Positions 24,644 through 40,556 of a DNA stretch of 64,000 nt are shown piece after piece; position 1 is the stretch's first letter, and the number at the start of each line of letters is the position of its first letter. A program made the translations under genes and the position numbers. Location of the stretch: positions 70,062,001 to 70,126,000 of the forward strand of contig NC_045696.1 of assembly GCF_009834535.1 (NCBI RefSeq), given 5' to 3'. The stretch is from Camelus ferus. Lineage: Eukaryota. The notes below the pieces were generated by a model. That model did no database searches. It saw only the letters and a list, made by a program, of their open reading frames with translations, and was not told the origin of the DNA.

Positions 24644-27600
24644 AATCCGCTACTCATAATCCCACCTGTGGGAGGTGATTAATGTTAACCTTTCAGAGTG
24701 ATGCCAAGTAACTCGTTTTGCTAACATGTGAATTTGAAGCACTAACCTGTTTGCTCTTGGAGTATCTGAAGCTTCTGGTTTGAAGAGTTTGCAGGCTTCC
24801 CTAGGAACAGGCGCCATCTATGAATCAGGAATGACAACAGCAGCCAAGTTAAGAGGCCCCCCGAGGGCCAAGGTCAGAGATCTCAGAACGAGGAGAGGAT
24901 GTCCCTGAAGTCAGATGCCCAGGGCAGAGACAGAGCCACAGGGGTTGACACCACCCATCCCCTAGATGCGGCCCCAGCAGGAAGGTTCCTGGGATTCCTG
25001 AGTCACAGGTCCAGGAACCTCCTCCACATCCAAGTGACTGCTCTTCTGCTTTCTGTGAGAATAGCCTTATTTTAAAGAAATAAGCTGTTTATATATGATG
25101 GAATTCTGTAAATATGTTCCTGTGTGGCACGTCTTACCTTTGCTTATGCATGTAGCAAATCCAGAGTCTACTCCACTAAAGTGAAGGATGCCTGCGGTGA
25201 ATGTCTGAACTCTGAAAGGAGTGAAGCTCAGCGATGCTCCTGCCCACTTGGACGTCTCACCAGCTTTCCTCCTTCCCTTGTTCAAGCAGTTGTGCATACA
25301 GGCTGTTGGGCCCTGATTTCTGTTTAGAGTTTTATTGGTCCTGGATTTTGATTAGTACAGTGACTGTGTCCTCTTTGCCTTGCCCGGTAAGCAGAGGATC
25401 AAAACAACAGCAAGAAAATGCCAGAAACAACATTTCTGTTGATGTATAAACTCTTCAGGCCAGTGGGTCTCTCTCAGCTTCTCCTGGTGTCTGCTAGCAC
25501 GGTACCTGGCTCATGGTGGGGCGGGTGGGTGGATGAACACACGGATGGATGTGTGGATAAATGACGAAGTAACGGAAGGAAGTTTGCTCCCTGGAGTGGA
25601 GGTGAATTTCAGTGGGTTTCATGTAACAGTGATCAGGTGAAATGGAGGCAATCACAGGTGTGCCACTCTCTTAGGATCTTTCTCCTGAGGCCCCTGGAAC
25701 TTTCGACTGTGTCTCTTGTTATCCTTGCCTCTCTTCCTTCTCTTTGCCAGTGTATTTATCTGAATCCCCAATCCAAGAAGCAGTTAGACTGTAGCCTACC
25801 TTTTTCCCTCCAGTCTTCCCCAGTGTCTCCCACTCAGCGTTTGGACCTTAGCTGGACGGGCACTTCCTCAGGGCGGTGGGGCTGGGGGTCTTCCTCACAT
25901 CATTTCTTTGCAGTGCACACTGAACTTCTACTCTGTAGAGCTTTTTAAGGTTTGTGTGTTTGTTTACATTTATGTGTGTGATTGAGCTGGGTGCCTAGCG
26001 TGGTGCCTGCAGCATAGTCTGCGCTCAGGAAATAGTTACTAAGTGAATACTCTGTTACCTTGTAGGACCTGTGGAGCCATGTTCAGCTGTGAGGAAAGGC
26101 CTCCCCGCCTTCCCTCCCACCACCGCAGCCCGCTTCTATGGCGGTGCCCACCCGTCTCTGACTTAGACCTCTCTCCCAGGGACCTCTATTATTGTCGTCT
26201 CTATGATGTCTGGAAGACCATTGCCCATTTCCCAGGCTCCCTGGGAAAAAGAGAGGTTGGCTGGTTTTTTTTCACTCCTTATTGCAACATCCAGGTGGTC
26301 CTAACACCATTCTTTAGCAAGCCCACCTATCCGGAAGCCTAGGAGATTTTTCCTTCCCCTACTCCCCCATTTTAGAATGTCAGCTAAAACCCTCCAGGTC
26401 CCTCTGGCATTACTGGCTGACTCCAAGCTGTGGTTCAAAGTTCCCCTCCTTGTTCTTCCACAACTCCCTTCCGCCACCCACTTTGCATGTGCTACTGTCA
26501 CTGCTTTCATTAAGCCATATCATTAGATGTTTCCGTGTCTATCTCCTCTGATACTGAGACCACAGGAGCAGCTGCTGCTTATTTGTCTTTGCTGCCCTAG
26601 CGCCTAGCACAATGCCAGGCACAAAGCAGGTGCTCAGTATATGTCTCTTGAACAGCATGGAGCGGACCCATCCTTAGGGACTTGGAGTTGCCTCCACTCT
26701 GATTCAGACTTCGACAGTCTTGGGCTTCTTTCCCAAAGCAGACAGGTTGAGCAGAAGGAATCAAACAGGAGGCTAGGGGGTAAGTCAGGGGCAGCAAGCA
26801 AGGACTTAGATAGCGAGCCTGTGGGAAGTTAGGTTTGCGTCTCCCAAAGAGTCCTTGCCAAAGGTTCTTTGCCACCTGGTATTGGCTGAGTCCCACAACC
26901 CCTCAGGTCTCCCTGCTGGATTTTTCATGGACTCTAACAAGGCACACCGGTTCCTCTCCTAACAGTCTTTCCTGGGCCCTCAGGACACCACCCTCACCAC
27001 TCTAGGTCTCACCCACCTGCCCTGAATGAGCTATCCTGTTCTCTTTCACTGGTTCCACATTTCCTTACCAGGCTTCTGATCTCAGTCTTCTCTCTTGGAA
27101 AGGCAGTGTAGTGTAAGATTAGGCTCTGCTGTTTGCTGCCGTGTGACCTCAATACCTCCTAAGTTTCCATTCTCTGTACTGTGAAGTGGGGGCTGTTAAA
27201 AGTCCCTGCCTCGTGAAGGTTGTTATATATAATAAATACATTCATGTGTGTACAGCGCTTACTGTGGGGTCGAGTGTACTGAGACTCAGTATCAGCTGTT
27301 GTTACTTTCCCTCTCGTGGTCTCCTTAAGAGACCTTTCCCCCTTTTCAACTCTCTCCTTTAGACATGTGACCTCCAAATCTGACTGTTCAGTCTGAGCTC
27401 TGGATTTTCACTTGCTTGTTGAGAGGCAGTGCAGGGGAAAGCGCACGGGCTCAGGAGGTGAAGACAAGTCCTGCTTAACACTCTGCCCATTGTGGACTCA
27501 TCAGCACTCAAAGTGACTTCACCTGAACACCTGCTCAGCCACTCATCCCTAAGCGGGATGATGATGCTTGCTTCTCTGGAAGCTTTGCCACATCGATTTC

Positions 27601-29499
27601 CTCCACGGCGTGCTCTACAATGATAACTCCCCATGCTGTCCCCCGACCGAAGAGAGAGCAAAGTCCTTGAGAGCAGGAACCTTCCTTCTTGCTCTCTACT
27701 CTGCACACCCCTGGCACAGGCTCAGGTACATTCCTTTTTCCATTTACTTTCTCTCCTTCTGGATTCCTTTGACTTCTCAAAATCAACATGTTTCAAACCA
27801 AAACAACTGATCATTTTCCTCCTGGGACCTGAGTCCATTAATTTAACAAACTATTACTAAGTGCCAATTATAAGGAAAGCCCAGCTGAGAGCTGGGACAG
27901 ATAAAAGATGGTGAGACCTTGTCTCGTTTACAGATGTGTTCACTGTCTACTGTTTCTCTTTCTGGTCTTACTTAGAATGACGATCTCCAGGTCTCTCTCC
28001 CCATGTGTTTTAAAATGGAAAATTTTACACACGTACAGAAATACAGAAAATGGTATAAAATCCACTTCCATGTGCTCATCATCCGGCTTCAGCAACTATC
28101 AATTCAATGGCCAATCTTGTTTTATTTATAACCCTACCCACTACAGTCCCATCCCATTATTTTGATGCAAATCCCAGACATTGAACCACTTCATTCATAA
28201 ATACTTCAGTATTTTGAAAAGATAAAATACATCCTTTTTTTTTTCTTACAAATGAGTCACAGGATACTCTAACACTGCAACTTGTTTGATTTTTATCCCA
28301 GCCATCTATCCCACAACTGCACTGTGTCAGGATATCTAGAGTTGCCTCCCTCTTTCAGGAAACTACTTAGTGTTCCATTTGTGAATATACCATAATTAAC
28401 CTCACTAGTCTCCAAATGATGGACATTTAGGTTGTCCCTAATCTCTTAACATCAAAACGGAGCTGAGAGAATACCCTTGAAACATACATCTTTGTCTACC
28501 TATGGGCATATCTATAGGTTAAATTTTTGAATGTGGAATTGCTAGGGCTTTACACACTTCAAATTCTGACAGGGGCTCCTTATTTGGCCAAAGAGGGGCT
28601 TTGAATGATATGACAAGGATGGTTTCTCTCTGTTGTCCAGGCTTGTGACATTTTGGAGTCCTCTCTGTCTCTTCTACATTTAATCAGTCATATCCTACCA
28701 ACTCTTTCCTTCCTTCCCATAATTGTGGTCCTGACTTAGGCCTGCATCCTTTCTCACCAAGACAATTACAGCTTCCAACTCACAACATATTCTAATCATC
28801 TTCCAGGGCAAACAGGAGCTAAACTATTCTCTTGTTTAAACACCTCTGTTGGTGTCTCCTGATGTACAATATTAAAAAAAAATCCAACTTCTTAGCTGCC
28901 TTTCGTTGCTTTCCAGTTTGTCCCCACATTCTCACTCATTTCTCACGCCTTAGGCTTCATGGAAACTGGATACTGGTGCCTTCCTGGGGCACCTAGATCA
29001 TCCTCTCCCTCCTGTCTCCGTTGTGGAAATCGTGCTCATCCTTTAAGGTAAACTCAAACCCCACCTCCTCCATGAATCTATGCAGTGCAGGACCACTAGT
29101 TTTGGACTCACAATCATGGCTGTCGTTTGGGGGACGTCACGATCTTTCTCAAAATCAGATTTTTCATCTGATAAATAAAGGCAAAAATACCAACCTTGCT
29201 GGATTGTTGTGAGGATTAGCGTTAATGGGCACATAGTAGGCGTTCAATAAAAGGAAATTCTCATTTCCGTGGTCGCTTAGACCATCCCACTGCACTGGAT
29301 TAGAGCCTCTTGTTCCACGAGAGCTGCATTTGCTTTGTTACAGCTGGTGGTCGACCAGACTGTCTTGACCACCGGACTGCAAGCTGGCTGTGGGCAGGGC
29401 TCGTAATTCATGCCTGGATCTCCCAGCACCTGACAGAGACCCTGCAGATAAATGGAGAAAGAGAGGGATAAACGTAGAAAAATACACACAGACAGGAGA

Positions 29500-30270
<771 letters not shown>

Positions 30271-31490
30271 CCCGCAGCTCCTTGTTCATGACTGCTCTCA
30301 GCCTCCCTCCATCGTCCTTCTCACCCCACTTCACTTCTGTCAGTTCTGCCCTTGGGAGTTTAAGGCATTCGGTCTCCAGGAGAAACACATTGCATGGACA
30401 ACTTTAAATTATTCACGAATTAATGATCGGGTCCTCCCTTCTTCCTGGCTGTCTCTGCTTTTCCTTCTCATGATAGACTAGGTGAGGGAGGAGGCGGTAC
30501 AATACTACATACTGTTTATAAAGTTAAGGGAAGTGTGCCAAGGATTGTTACTGACTTGAATTTGATGACAGCTGTTTTCAGTGACTGTATCCTTTTGCTC
30601 TAGCTGAGAAGGCTCTGCTGTGGATGTCAGACATACTAAGAGAAACATTTTGATGTGAACCAGGAAGGTTTCCTTATAATTGGTTATAAATATAATTATA
30701 ACTGATAATAATTATAATCATTGATGGATTCAAGGGTTGTTCAGAAGGCAGAGGCAGAGTAGCGTTTACACTGTGACCCTTGTACAGGATTCAGAGTGCA
30801 CTGAGGACCAGATAAAGATCAGGTGAAAAGGCAGACTCTTTGAAAAGGTTGGTTTCAAGCCTGACATATAATCGAGAAGATTGTTTATGCTGTGGGGCAA
30901 ATATACTTTACCGGGCAATCTTTAATTGGCTTGTTTGTGATTGATAAAACAGTCATTTTACCTAGTAACTTAGGAGCGGTGTGAAGTTTGGATTATCCTT
31001 GGCCCAAAGCTTACAGAGGAAGGGGTGCTCCTAGAAAGGAATGCAGTTTAGGATGTTTATTCATTTATAAATAAATAAACTATTTTGGACTATTGTGGCT
31101 ACCATTTGTTGACAGTTTATTTTTTTTAAGATGCTATTTAGGATGTTTCCATTTGCCTGGAAATTAATCCGTTTGCCTCTTAAGAACAGATCATAAAACC
31201 AGAGAGCTAAGAGGGAACTTAGTGACGATCCAACACCAACCTCATTTTTCAGATAAGGAAACTGAGGCGCAGGGACTAGCCCAAGATCACACCACTAGAT
31301 GGTAGCAGAGTTGAGATATTACCCCAGATCTCTTGCTTCCAAATCAAGGCTCTTCTCTTAGTCTCTGCTGTGTTGTATCAGGTCATCAATCATCCTGGCC
31401 TCCCATTATGTGTGTGTTCCCAGCAGACCAGATGATGAGCACATTTATAAACCTACTTTGGAAAGAAGACACAGGAAGTGACTTTCTTAG

Positions 31491-31841
<351 letters not shown>

Positions 31842-33697
31842 TAGTTGCTTTACCTGCATGACTTTATATAATTCTCCCAAAAGCCAATAATGGCTGACAG
31901 GGTGGGGAGGGGGTATTGCTGGGCTCTGAACCCGTGCCTGACCATCTCCAGAGCCTGCCTTTCCTCTCAGGTCTGCTGCTTTTGTTTCTAAGGATTTGAC
32001 AGCTGTGAAGCACTATCCTTGAGAGAGAGAGAGAGACATCCCCACCCCTCCCCAGGCTGGGGCAATTCTTCCTCCTCAGAGCTCCTGTAATGTTCTGCAA
32101 GTTGGCACTGTTTTTCTTTAGTTCTTTTTTTCTTTAAATCTCTTTTCTCCACCAATCTGTGAGTTCCTTGAGAGCAAGACTTGTTCCTTAGTTTCAGCCT
32201 TTATGTTTCTCTACCTGGTACAGGAAAGTGCCTTTATAAATGTTTGATGAACAGATGCAGGGTGTTCATGGGGCTGTTAGGCTGTGGAGGATTGGGAAGT
32301 CTCCCTGGTATGGAGAGGACAAGTCGTTCTGATTTTCCAGGCGGCCTCCCAGCGCTTGGGAGCTGCAGTGTTAGATCTGGGCTTGTGCTTGGGCACTTGG
32401 ATGCTTCTCTTCAGCTGCCATCTCAGGTTATACACAAGGATCTGTGCCGTCCTCCTGACAGCATTTTAAGCTGGTTCGTGTAAATGTATGTATATGTTAG
32501 GACTTAGGGTAGGTTTGAATCCCAGCTATGTAACCATGAGCAAGACACTGAAATTCTCTGACCCTGTTTCCTCATCTGTGAAGTCGGTCTACTCCTATGT
32601 AACCCCCTAGGATTGTTATGTGGGCAATTTAAATGATGCAGTGGGTGCAGATGGCACCTGGCACACAGCACCCTTCAGCACTTGTTGAATGATGGAGTGA
32701 CTAAGCAGGAAGCCATGAAAACTTCTTTTTTCCCTGCTTCCCTCTCCCGCCCCAGTGTCTTCTCCCTCCTGCCACAACATTCAGCTCAGGCTGGATCCGC
32801 TTAAGCAGTTTTTTTTGTTAGAAACTAGAAGAAAAGCAAACGTGTCTGTGCCAAGAGAGATGGGGGTTGGGGTATGTGGTGCTTGAAGTAAGGCGCTGAC
32901 CGCTGGCGTTGCCCCAGTACCTCTTTCTCTCTTGAGCTGATCCCTCCTCAGGGCAAAGAGCCACCTGCTACCTGGGGGTGAATCCTGTCTCTGCTCAGTG
33001 TGACCGTGGGCATGATACTTAATCTCTCACCAGGGGGAGGAGGTGAGATGGTGTATGACACAGGCGCATAGTGGGGATTAAATAAGACATATGCTTAACA
33101 CATAGCAGGTGCTGAGCAGACCCCCACCTTCTCACTTCCAGGTGCCCCCTTTACTTTCTCTCTTGGATCCCATGTTTGGCAGAACGATGTCTGCCAGTCA
33201 AACTCCATTTAGGAAGTATTAGTTTACTTTCCCATTTTTGTTAATCTAAGGCTTTCTGAGTGTCAGTTGGAACTCTGACACGGAGCCCCCGGCGTTACCA
33301 TACCACATAGATGTGATTCCCACAAAAAGTAAAGAAATGAGACATTTTACATAGCTTGTGTGATCTTACTGAGGAAAAATTCATGGCTTATGTTCATTTA
33401 AAATAGCAAAAATAACTTGTGAGTTTCATTTCTGTCTTCTCAGAGCATCTGTGTTTGCAGGACCTACCACAGCCCGAGTAGCAGGCTGGGTGTGGTCTAC
33501 ACAGATTTCCCGGGTTCATTCTGTCCTGCCCTCTGAGGTTTTAATCCTCTTTTCAGTTTTAAAGGTGAAGCCTGAGGACTGGATTGTTCCCAGCTCATTC
33601 ATCACCCTTCATTCACCTCTTTAGGATGGGAGTTGGGTTTTGTCTGGGAAGATTACCAAAGGAGGAGGGAACCTAGGACTCTTGGGCTCCAGGATGA

Positions 33698-33922
<225 letters not shown>

Positions 33923-34255
33923 TAGGGCACGTCTGAGTGCTAGCCCCCCAGACGGTCACCGCAAGGCCCTGAGGGGAGTGAGGAGCAGGGATTTCCCACA
34001 ATGCTCCTCGGCCCTGCCTTGGGAGGTCCTAGGGGTCCTTTTGATGTCTCCAGGAGGAACAGACCTGAGATCAGTCCTGGTCCATCTGTGCCCTTGGGCA
34101 AATTCCTGACTTCTCTGAGCCTCAGGCACCTCCATTTTTAAAATGAGGAAAACAATGTCTGCGCTGGAATTTGCAGAATATGTACATTATTGTAGCACAG
34201 TGCCCGGCATCTACATAGTTTCAATACCTGGAGATTTCTTCCTGCTTCTTAATGA

Positions 34256-34504
<249 letters not shown>

Positions 34505-36063
34505 TAGGAATTGTTCCTGCTCCCAAATCCGCTCGGGCTTGAACATGAAAACCCATAAAAATACTTTAGGAAAAAACAAGGATTATTCATTCCACAACTG
34601 TTCCTAGCGTCTGTTGTGGGTCCAGCACCATGCCAGGCACTCGGGTTGGAAGAGTCATCCGTGTAAAACACGTGACTTGGCCATAGTCAGGGCTCAGTCA
34701 ATGCCTGCAGGAAGAGCGGAGTTGGAGTGAGAGTTTGTGGGCGGAAGAAAGGGTGGAGGCAGGGAACGGGGCAGAGCAAGGGGCTTCCTGTCTGGCTTCG
34801 GCCCCTGTCTTGATCAAGATCTGCCTTAGGAGGAGCTGGTGCTTGTGAGGTTCCCTCTTGCCTCTTGACAACCACGTGACCTTCAGCAAGCTCCTCACCC
34901 TCAGTGGGCCGCGTGGCCGGATAAGGGGCTAGGACTAGAGCAGTGTTTCTCTAAGTGTGAGCTTTGGACCACCTTTATCTGAATGGTAAATGCTCACATC
35001 TTGTAAAATCAGTGACTGTTACTTTCTCCACACTGGAAGTAAACCATCCTTAGTCTAAGGCAAGGACTGCGTCTCTTAAGCCTGCTTTGGAACATGGAGG
35101 GGAAGACGACTCAGGGCGTCTGGGTCAAACATAACAAACCTGTGGTTGAGCAGATGCTATTAATAGGGAATTCTTGAGAGAAGTTGAAATCGTAAATGGA
35201 GGCAAAGTCTACCGCAGCCAGTTCTGGTCAGATCGGCTTTCAGGCAAAGAGCCTCAGTACCTCCGTCGGCAGCCTGTAATTGCCTGGGTGGCACGAGGTT
35301 TAGAAAGTCTTGGAGACCAGGATTCTAGCTCCCCCTCTGACAAGCTGTGTGACCTTGAGGAGTCTATGATCTTGAGGCCTCATCTACTAGAGAAGAGGAA
35401 GGGATTATCAGGGGGTCCCAAACCAATCAGAATCTTGGGAGTGAGGGTCGGGAGAGGCTGTTAGAATGCAGGTTCCTGGGTTCTGCCCCAGACCCAAAGC
35501 AGAATCTCTGGGGTGAAGCCTGAGGGTGTGTTTTTAACAGCTTCACTGGGGGGTTGTTATACAACCAGCCTCTCCAGCTACCAGGCAGTCTTTTGGGATC
35601 CAGTGCACATGATGACGTCTGAGAGACAGTACAGAACGTGAATAGTCCTATGACTTGTAGGAAACTTGCTGCTGTCTTAGGCACACTGTGACTCTCATAA
35701 CGCTGCCACCTCTCTTTGCTTTGGCTGTTGGGTGCTCAGAACCAAATCTGGGGACACCTCTGGCAAATGAGTGAATTTTATGCATTTTTGCATAAACTAC
35801 TGATTATTCTTCACTTATGTTTTATTCCTCAGTCATTTTGTTTTTTTCTTATTTAAAAATTTAAAAATCTTACTGAAGTATATGTATTTTTGTAAACCAT
35901 CTCAAGTCCTTTTGTTGAACAAGGCAGATGCATGTGGGAAGCAGGGAAAGGACGGGAAAGAGTGGAAAAGAAGGGAAAGAGGTGATGTGTTTTGGGGTCA
36001 GGAGTTGGGCAGAGACAGCACAAAACTGGAGCCACAGTTGTGAATTACTGGTGACATTTCTGA

Positions 36064-36342
<279 letters not shown>

Positions 36343-37875
36343 CCTGGGTCCTTTGGTTGCTGTGTCCCTGGACTCCCTAGTTTGTTTGTGTAATGGTTGT
36401 GGTCCTTTGAAGCCCCCCTCATTGTTTTTAAATTATTGTCAATAGCTGATTGGGACACCGTTCGTCTGTGTGCACTCTCTTGCCACAAAGGACACTCTGC
36501 TCTAGGAGGTGAATTATATCAGGTGCTCACACAAGCCCTGGTTTAGCAGGGTGCTTGCTCTGCAAAACGGATGGCCTGCTAGCAAGTCCTGTTATTTCAT
36601 TGAATGACAAGGAATTCAGGGTTGTCTGTTGTATGTGCCTCTTGTCCAGCGCTGAGCCGCCTCAGGAGAGGATGCTGGTGGCCCTTGTCCAGAGTGCCTC
36701 TTTTGTACAGTGATAGGCCGTTGTGACAGGTGGTATCCTTTGAAGTCCCCTGTGGACATGCTTAGTTTAGATAATGACCTGTAAACCCACCTCACTGACA
36801 CCACTCTTCATCTTGTTAGTCTCCTGAGAAGTGTTTCTTCTGTACTTTTTTTCTGATGACCTACCTCTGCCATAAATCAAGGGAAAGGAGCTGATGACTG
36901 CATAGAACGTCCATGTACAGCTCAAAAGCACAGTGATTTCTGTGATGCTCTTTGTGTTCGGATGCAGTGATGTTACCACATAAGTCAAATCTCCTCTTGG
37001 CTGCATGTCCTGACACTTAAGCTGGATTGCTAACAGACTATTACATATGAATGGAGTAAACTCTACGTTATGAATAGTTCTGGAGAAGTTCTTACGCATC
37101 TGGATGGGCAGAGCCCTTGACTCACCTGAATCAAATGACCATCAGTACATTTTCTGGTCTGTCCTTTGTGGGAGTCCCTCCTCTGTCCTGATGGGAGAAT
37201 GGATTCAGTACACTTGAGCATCAGCCCATATATTCTCTGAATTTTTTTGTTGTTGTTTGTATGTTGTCATTTGCTAAGGGTAACTGAGGGCTAATTCTAT
37301 TTTATCTTTTAATTCAAAGGGGAAAACTTGGTTTTGGATTACTTTGTTGTGTTGTATTTTAATTATCTATAGCTGTCATTGCTTCCTCTATGGCTGTCGT
37401 ATTGAACTGGCACAGACCTGGGTTAACACTTCCAAGGACAGAAGGACCCTGACACCTAAACTGAGCAGCTCTGGGATCCTGTACTCAACAGGAGTAACTC
37501 ATCATTTCTTTCCAGAACTGTTGCCCTTGGGCACCATCTGCTGGTTTGACTGATTTGACTTGGCCAAGAATCTTGCCAGGGCTTTAATGTGGACCAGTTG
37601 TTCTACATGAATTCTTGGGAATATTCCTGTTCAGTAGGAAGAATGAATTCCCAAGCAGTATTTTTTGGACACAGTATAATCCATAACACACAACAAGGAC
37701 TTCATTTTTAAGCATGTGTTGCTTTAAAAAAAAAAAAGCCTGATAACAGGAGTGGGTGAGAGGAGGAGGCCAATGGGACTTGGAAATCCGTGGCTCTTTG
37801 TCTTCTCAAGTAGGAGGAGGGAAGGGCAGAAACAAGGAAGGTTTCTACACTATTGATAGTGTGTGCCCGTTGCCC

Positions 37876-37881
37876 TTTATT
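37876..37881 (-). terminator. Candidate distal MAP3K13 polyadenylation signal
   Basis: TTTATT on + (AATAAA on -), with a U-rich downstream tract (ttccttgtttct) on -; about 5.7 kb from the MAP3K13 stop. Confidence 0.45.
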
Positions 37882-37974
37882 GGGATCCTTGGATTTGTGT
37901 CGCTCCCTCTTCCCCCATGATTTTGCAACAATGTGCCTTATCAGTTGTGAGTTTATAGGCAAAGCAATTTCCCA

Positions 37975-37980
37975 AATAAA
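37975..37980 (+). terminator. Likely TMEM41A polyadenylation signal
   Basis: AATAAA followed within about 15 nt by a GU-rich tract (tgttctgtgtggtgtgtgtttg). Confidence 0.65.
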
Positions 37981-40550
37981 TGGATATAAATGTTCTGTGT
38001 GGTGTGTGTTTGATCATGTTGCTAACAGTACCCTAAGGAAAAGACAGGACAGAAAACAGTGAAGTACACTTTTTGTTTAATTCCATGCATGCATTTGTTT
38101 GCTTTGATAGTCACTCTTGTTCCCATCGATGTACAATTGTTCAATACAAAGAGGGAGGCGGCATCCTCACAGGGAACAGGGGAACTCAGTGCCGGAGACC
38201 ACAGAGGACACCGACAAGAGTTCATTTTGAGACTTGACTACAAAAAGAAGTTAATTTGCTCCAAATTGAAAGGAACTCAAATTACCGCAAACAAGAATCA
38301 AGTGAGTCATCCCACTTCCTGAGTCTGAGAAGTGATCACTCTGGAGGCAGTGAGCTACCCAGGTGATATGGTCAATAAGGGACATCTTGCACATTCTGGC
38401 TCTGGTTCCCTCTAGCCTGCAATCATTGGAGGACCCTGTCTGCCTGGTCACTGGGCAGCAGGCTGGGGCCAGGAGCCAGTATTCCCCTGAGTGCTGTGAA
38501 GTGGCTCTAGAGAGTAGGCCTGGGATTTGTCCAGAAGTTTCCTGACAGTGGCCTTGCCATCTGCCTGAGGTCTTGGCCCTGTGTGAGATCCTGCCAGCAT
38601 GCTCTGGTCACGTGACAGTTAAAAGCCCTAACCCAACTCCTTTGGGATAACCCTGTTTCTTAGAACAGTGATTTCAGAGCTCTTCTCTTCTGCCACCTGT
38701 CCCTGAGAAGTGTTCCAGCTTCCACAAGGGTCCTCCACTTGGCAGCCTAGTTCATTCCAGTCTGAACAGGAGCTTGCAGTATTGGCTGTAACATGCAAAC
38801 AGGCAGACTAATGTGATTCTTATGTGCTAGTCTGTGAGGTTGGTAACACTGGCGCTGTGAGTATAGTCAGCAATGAAGAAAAATCTTGCTGCCTGAAAAG
38901 GCACTAAATTCGTACTGACAGTCCGAGTCAAAGTCTTAAAAAAGAGAATGTCACATTGTTTTGGTACATCAATCTCACAGAGTCTAAGGAAGAAGCAAGG
39001 AACTGGGACTTAATATGTTAACTCTGTTTACAGATGGTGATGGAGGAACATGCTCACTTAACACAATGCAATGATGTAAATCAAGAGACAGCTGGAATTC
39101 AATCTGTCAGTGACTGGAGGTTATTCAATTGGAATCGTAGTCCAAAAGGGCAGTGGGTGGAGGCACGTGGCCCTTTTCCCACCATCGGTGCTGCCCCCCC
39201 GACAGCCATAGGGTGGGATCCGTAAGGAGTACACTGGTGCAATCCTGTCAGTCAGTCTCCTGTCAGGGCTAACTCAAGATCTCAAACCACCTTAGGAAAT
39301 TAATTATGAGGGTAGAGCTGAGATGGCAAACAGATCTCCCCTTGCACACCAATTCCCATCAAGTGGTAACTGTTGCTCCAAGTGCTGTGTTGTGAGAGGT
39401 TCTGAGGCTGTGTCCAAGCTCAGTAGGAAAGAATACAATAATCAATAAATAACATGGGTCTTGGGTATTTAGGGTGGAAATGGTAGACAGTGTTATGTGG
39501 GGTATTTTGGTTTCCGGTTTAGTGGAAAAACAAAAAACATGGCACACTGTATTGCAGAGCAGGTGAGAATTCCTTGGATGCTATTATGTTTGTAGAATTC
39601 AGTTCCAGGAAGTTCAAGTATGAATATTTTAAGAAAAGAGGGAAAAACTGAGACACAAAGGCATGGAAAAAAAGGGTAAGTCATTTGATCAACAAAGATG
39701 CATTCACACTGAAAAAAAAGTCAATGTTTCACAGAGGCAGAAGGCATTTAAAATTGGGTTGGTACCAGGAAAACCCCCAAACCATCAACTCTATTACTGC
39801 TTAGGGTAAGAGGAAAATTTAGTACAATGAGGCCCTGAAATGGAAGTCCAGTAACTTACTAAATCCTACTAAAAATATCCTTAATTCTGAAGGATGAATT
39901 TGTTGATACTAAAGTTTTAAAATATCTGAACTTCAAGTAGGTCATGCCAGATCATCTTACAACAGAGCTAGCATCTTCACCTTTCTGGGAGGTGCTCCCC
40001 ACAATCTCACAAACAGGTCTAAATTTTAGCGGAGGTAAAGTCTATTATAATTTCAAAGGGGATGCAGGCTTCTCAGTCCTGTTAAACAATTTTAAGAGGA
40101 ATTGTTATTCAGAGGACATGATCTAGAAATAGATGGGAATCAGAACCAAATGCCCATCTACAACACAAGTTAAAGCTCATTAACTGGCAGTCAGTCAAAA
40201 ACAGATGTGAAACGAATGTGGACATTCATCTTAAGGGGGTTAAACTTTCAATCAACAATTAAGCTGGAAATCAGTCCTGCGAGTTTCCTTAAAGCACTGT
40301 TGCAAGTTGTCAGGACTGAAGATTTAGCTCTTCAATTCCCGAGCTCTTCATTCAGCACTCCTCAGATGGCTGTGGAATTGTCCTCAAAGAAACACACATC
40401 AGTTCAAAGTTGTCCTGCTTATCTCAAGGCAGGTAGTGAAGGGCAGCCTGGGGTAGAGAAGGCATTTCTCTTTTAACCTAAAAACACTGTTCTTCTCTGA
40501 AGCCTCTAGTCACTTCTACTAAAAAATAAGTAAAATGTTCAATGTGGAAC

Positions 40551-40556
40551 TTTATT
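40551..40556 (-). terminator. Candidate intermediate MAP3K13 polyadenylation signal
   Basis: AATAAA on - followed by the U-rich cattttacttattttttag. Confidence 0.45.

Noticed and set aside
27950..27995. About 40-nt tail-less L1 3'UTR-like fragment
   Set aside because: Too short to distinguish a non-canonical insertion from a deletion remnant or chance similarity.
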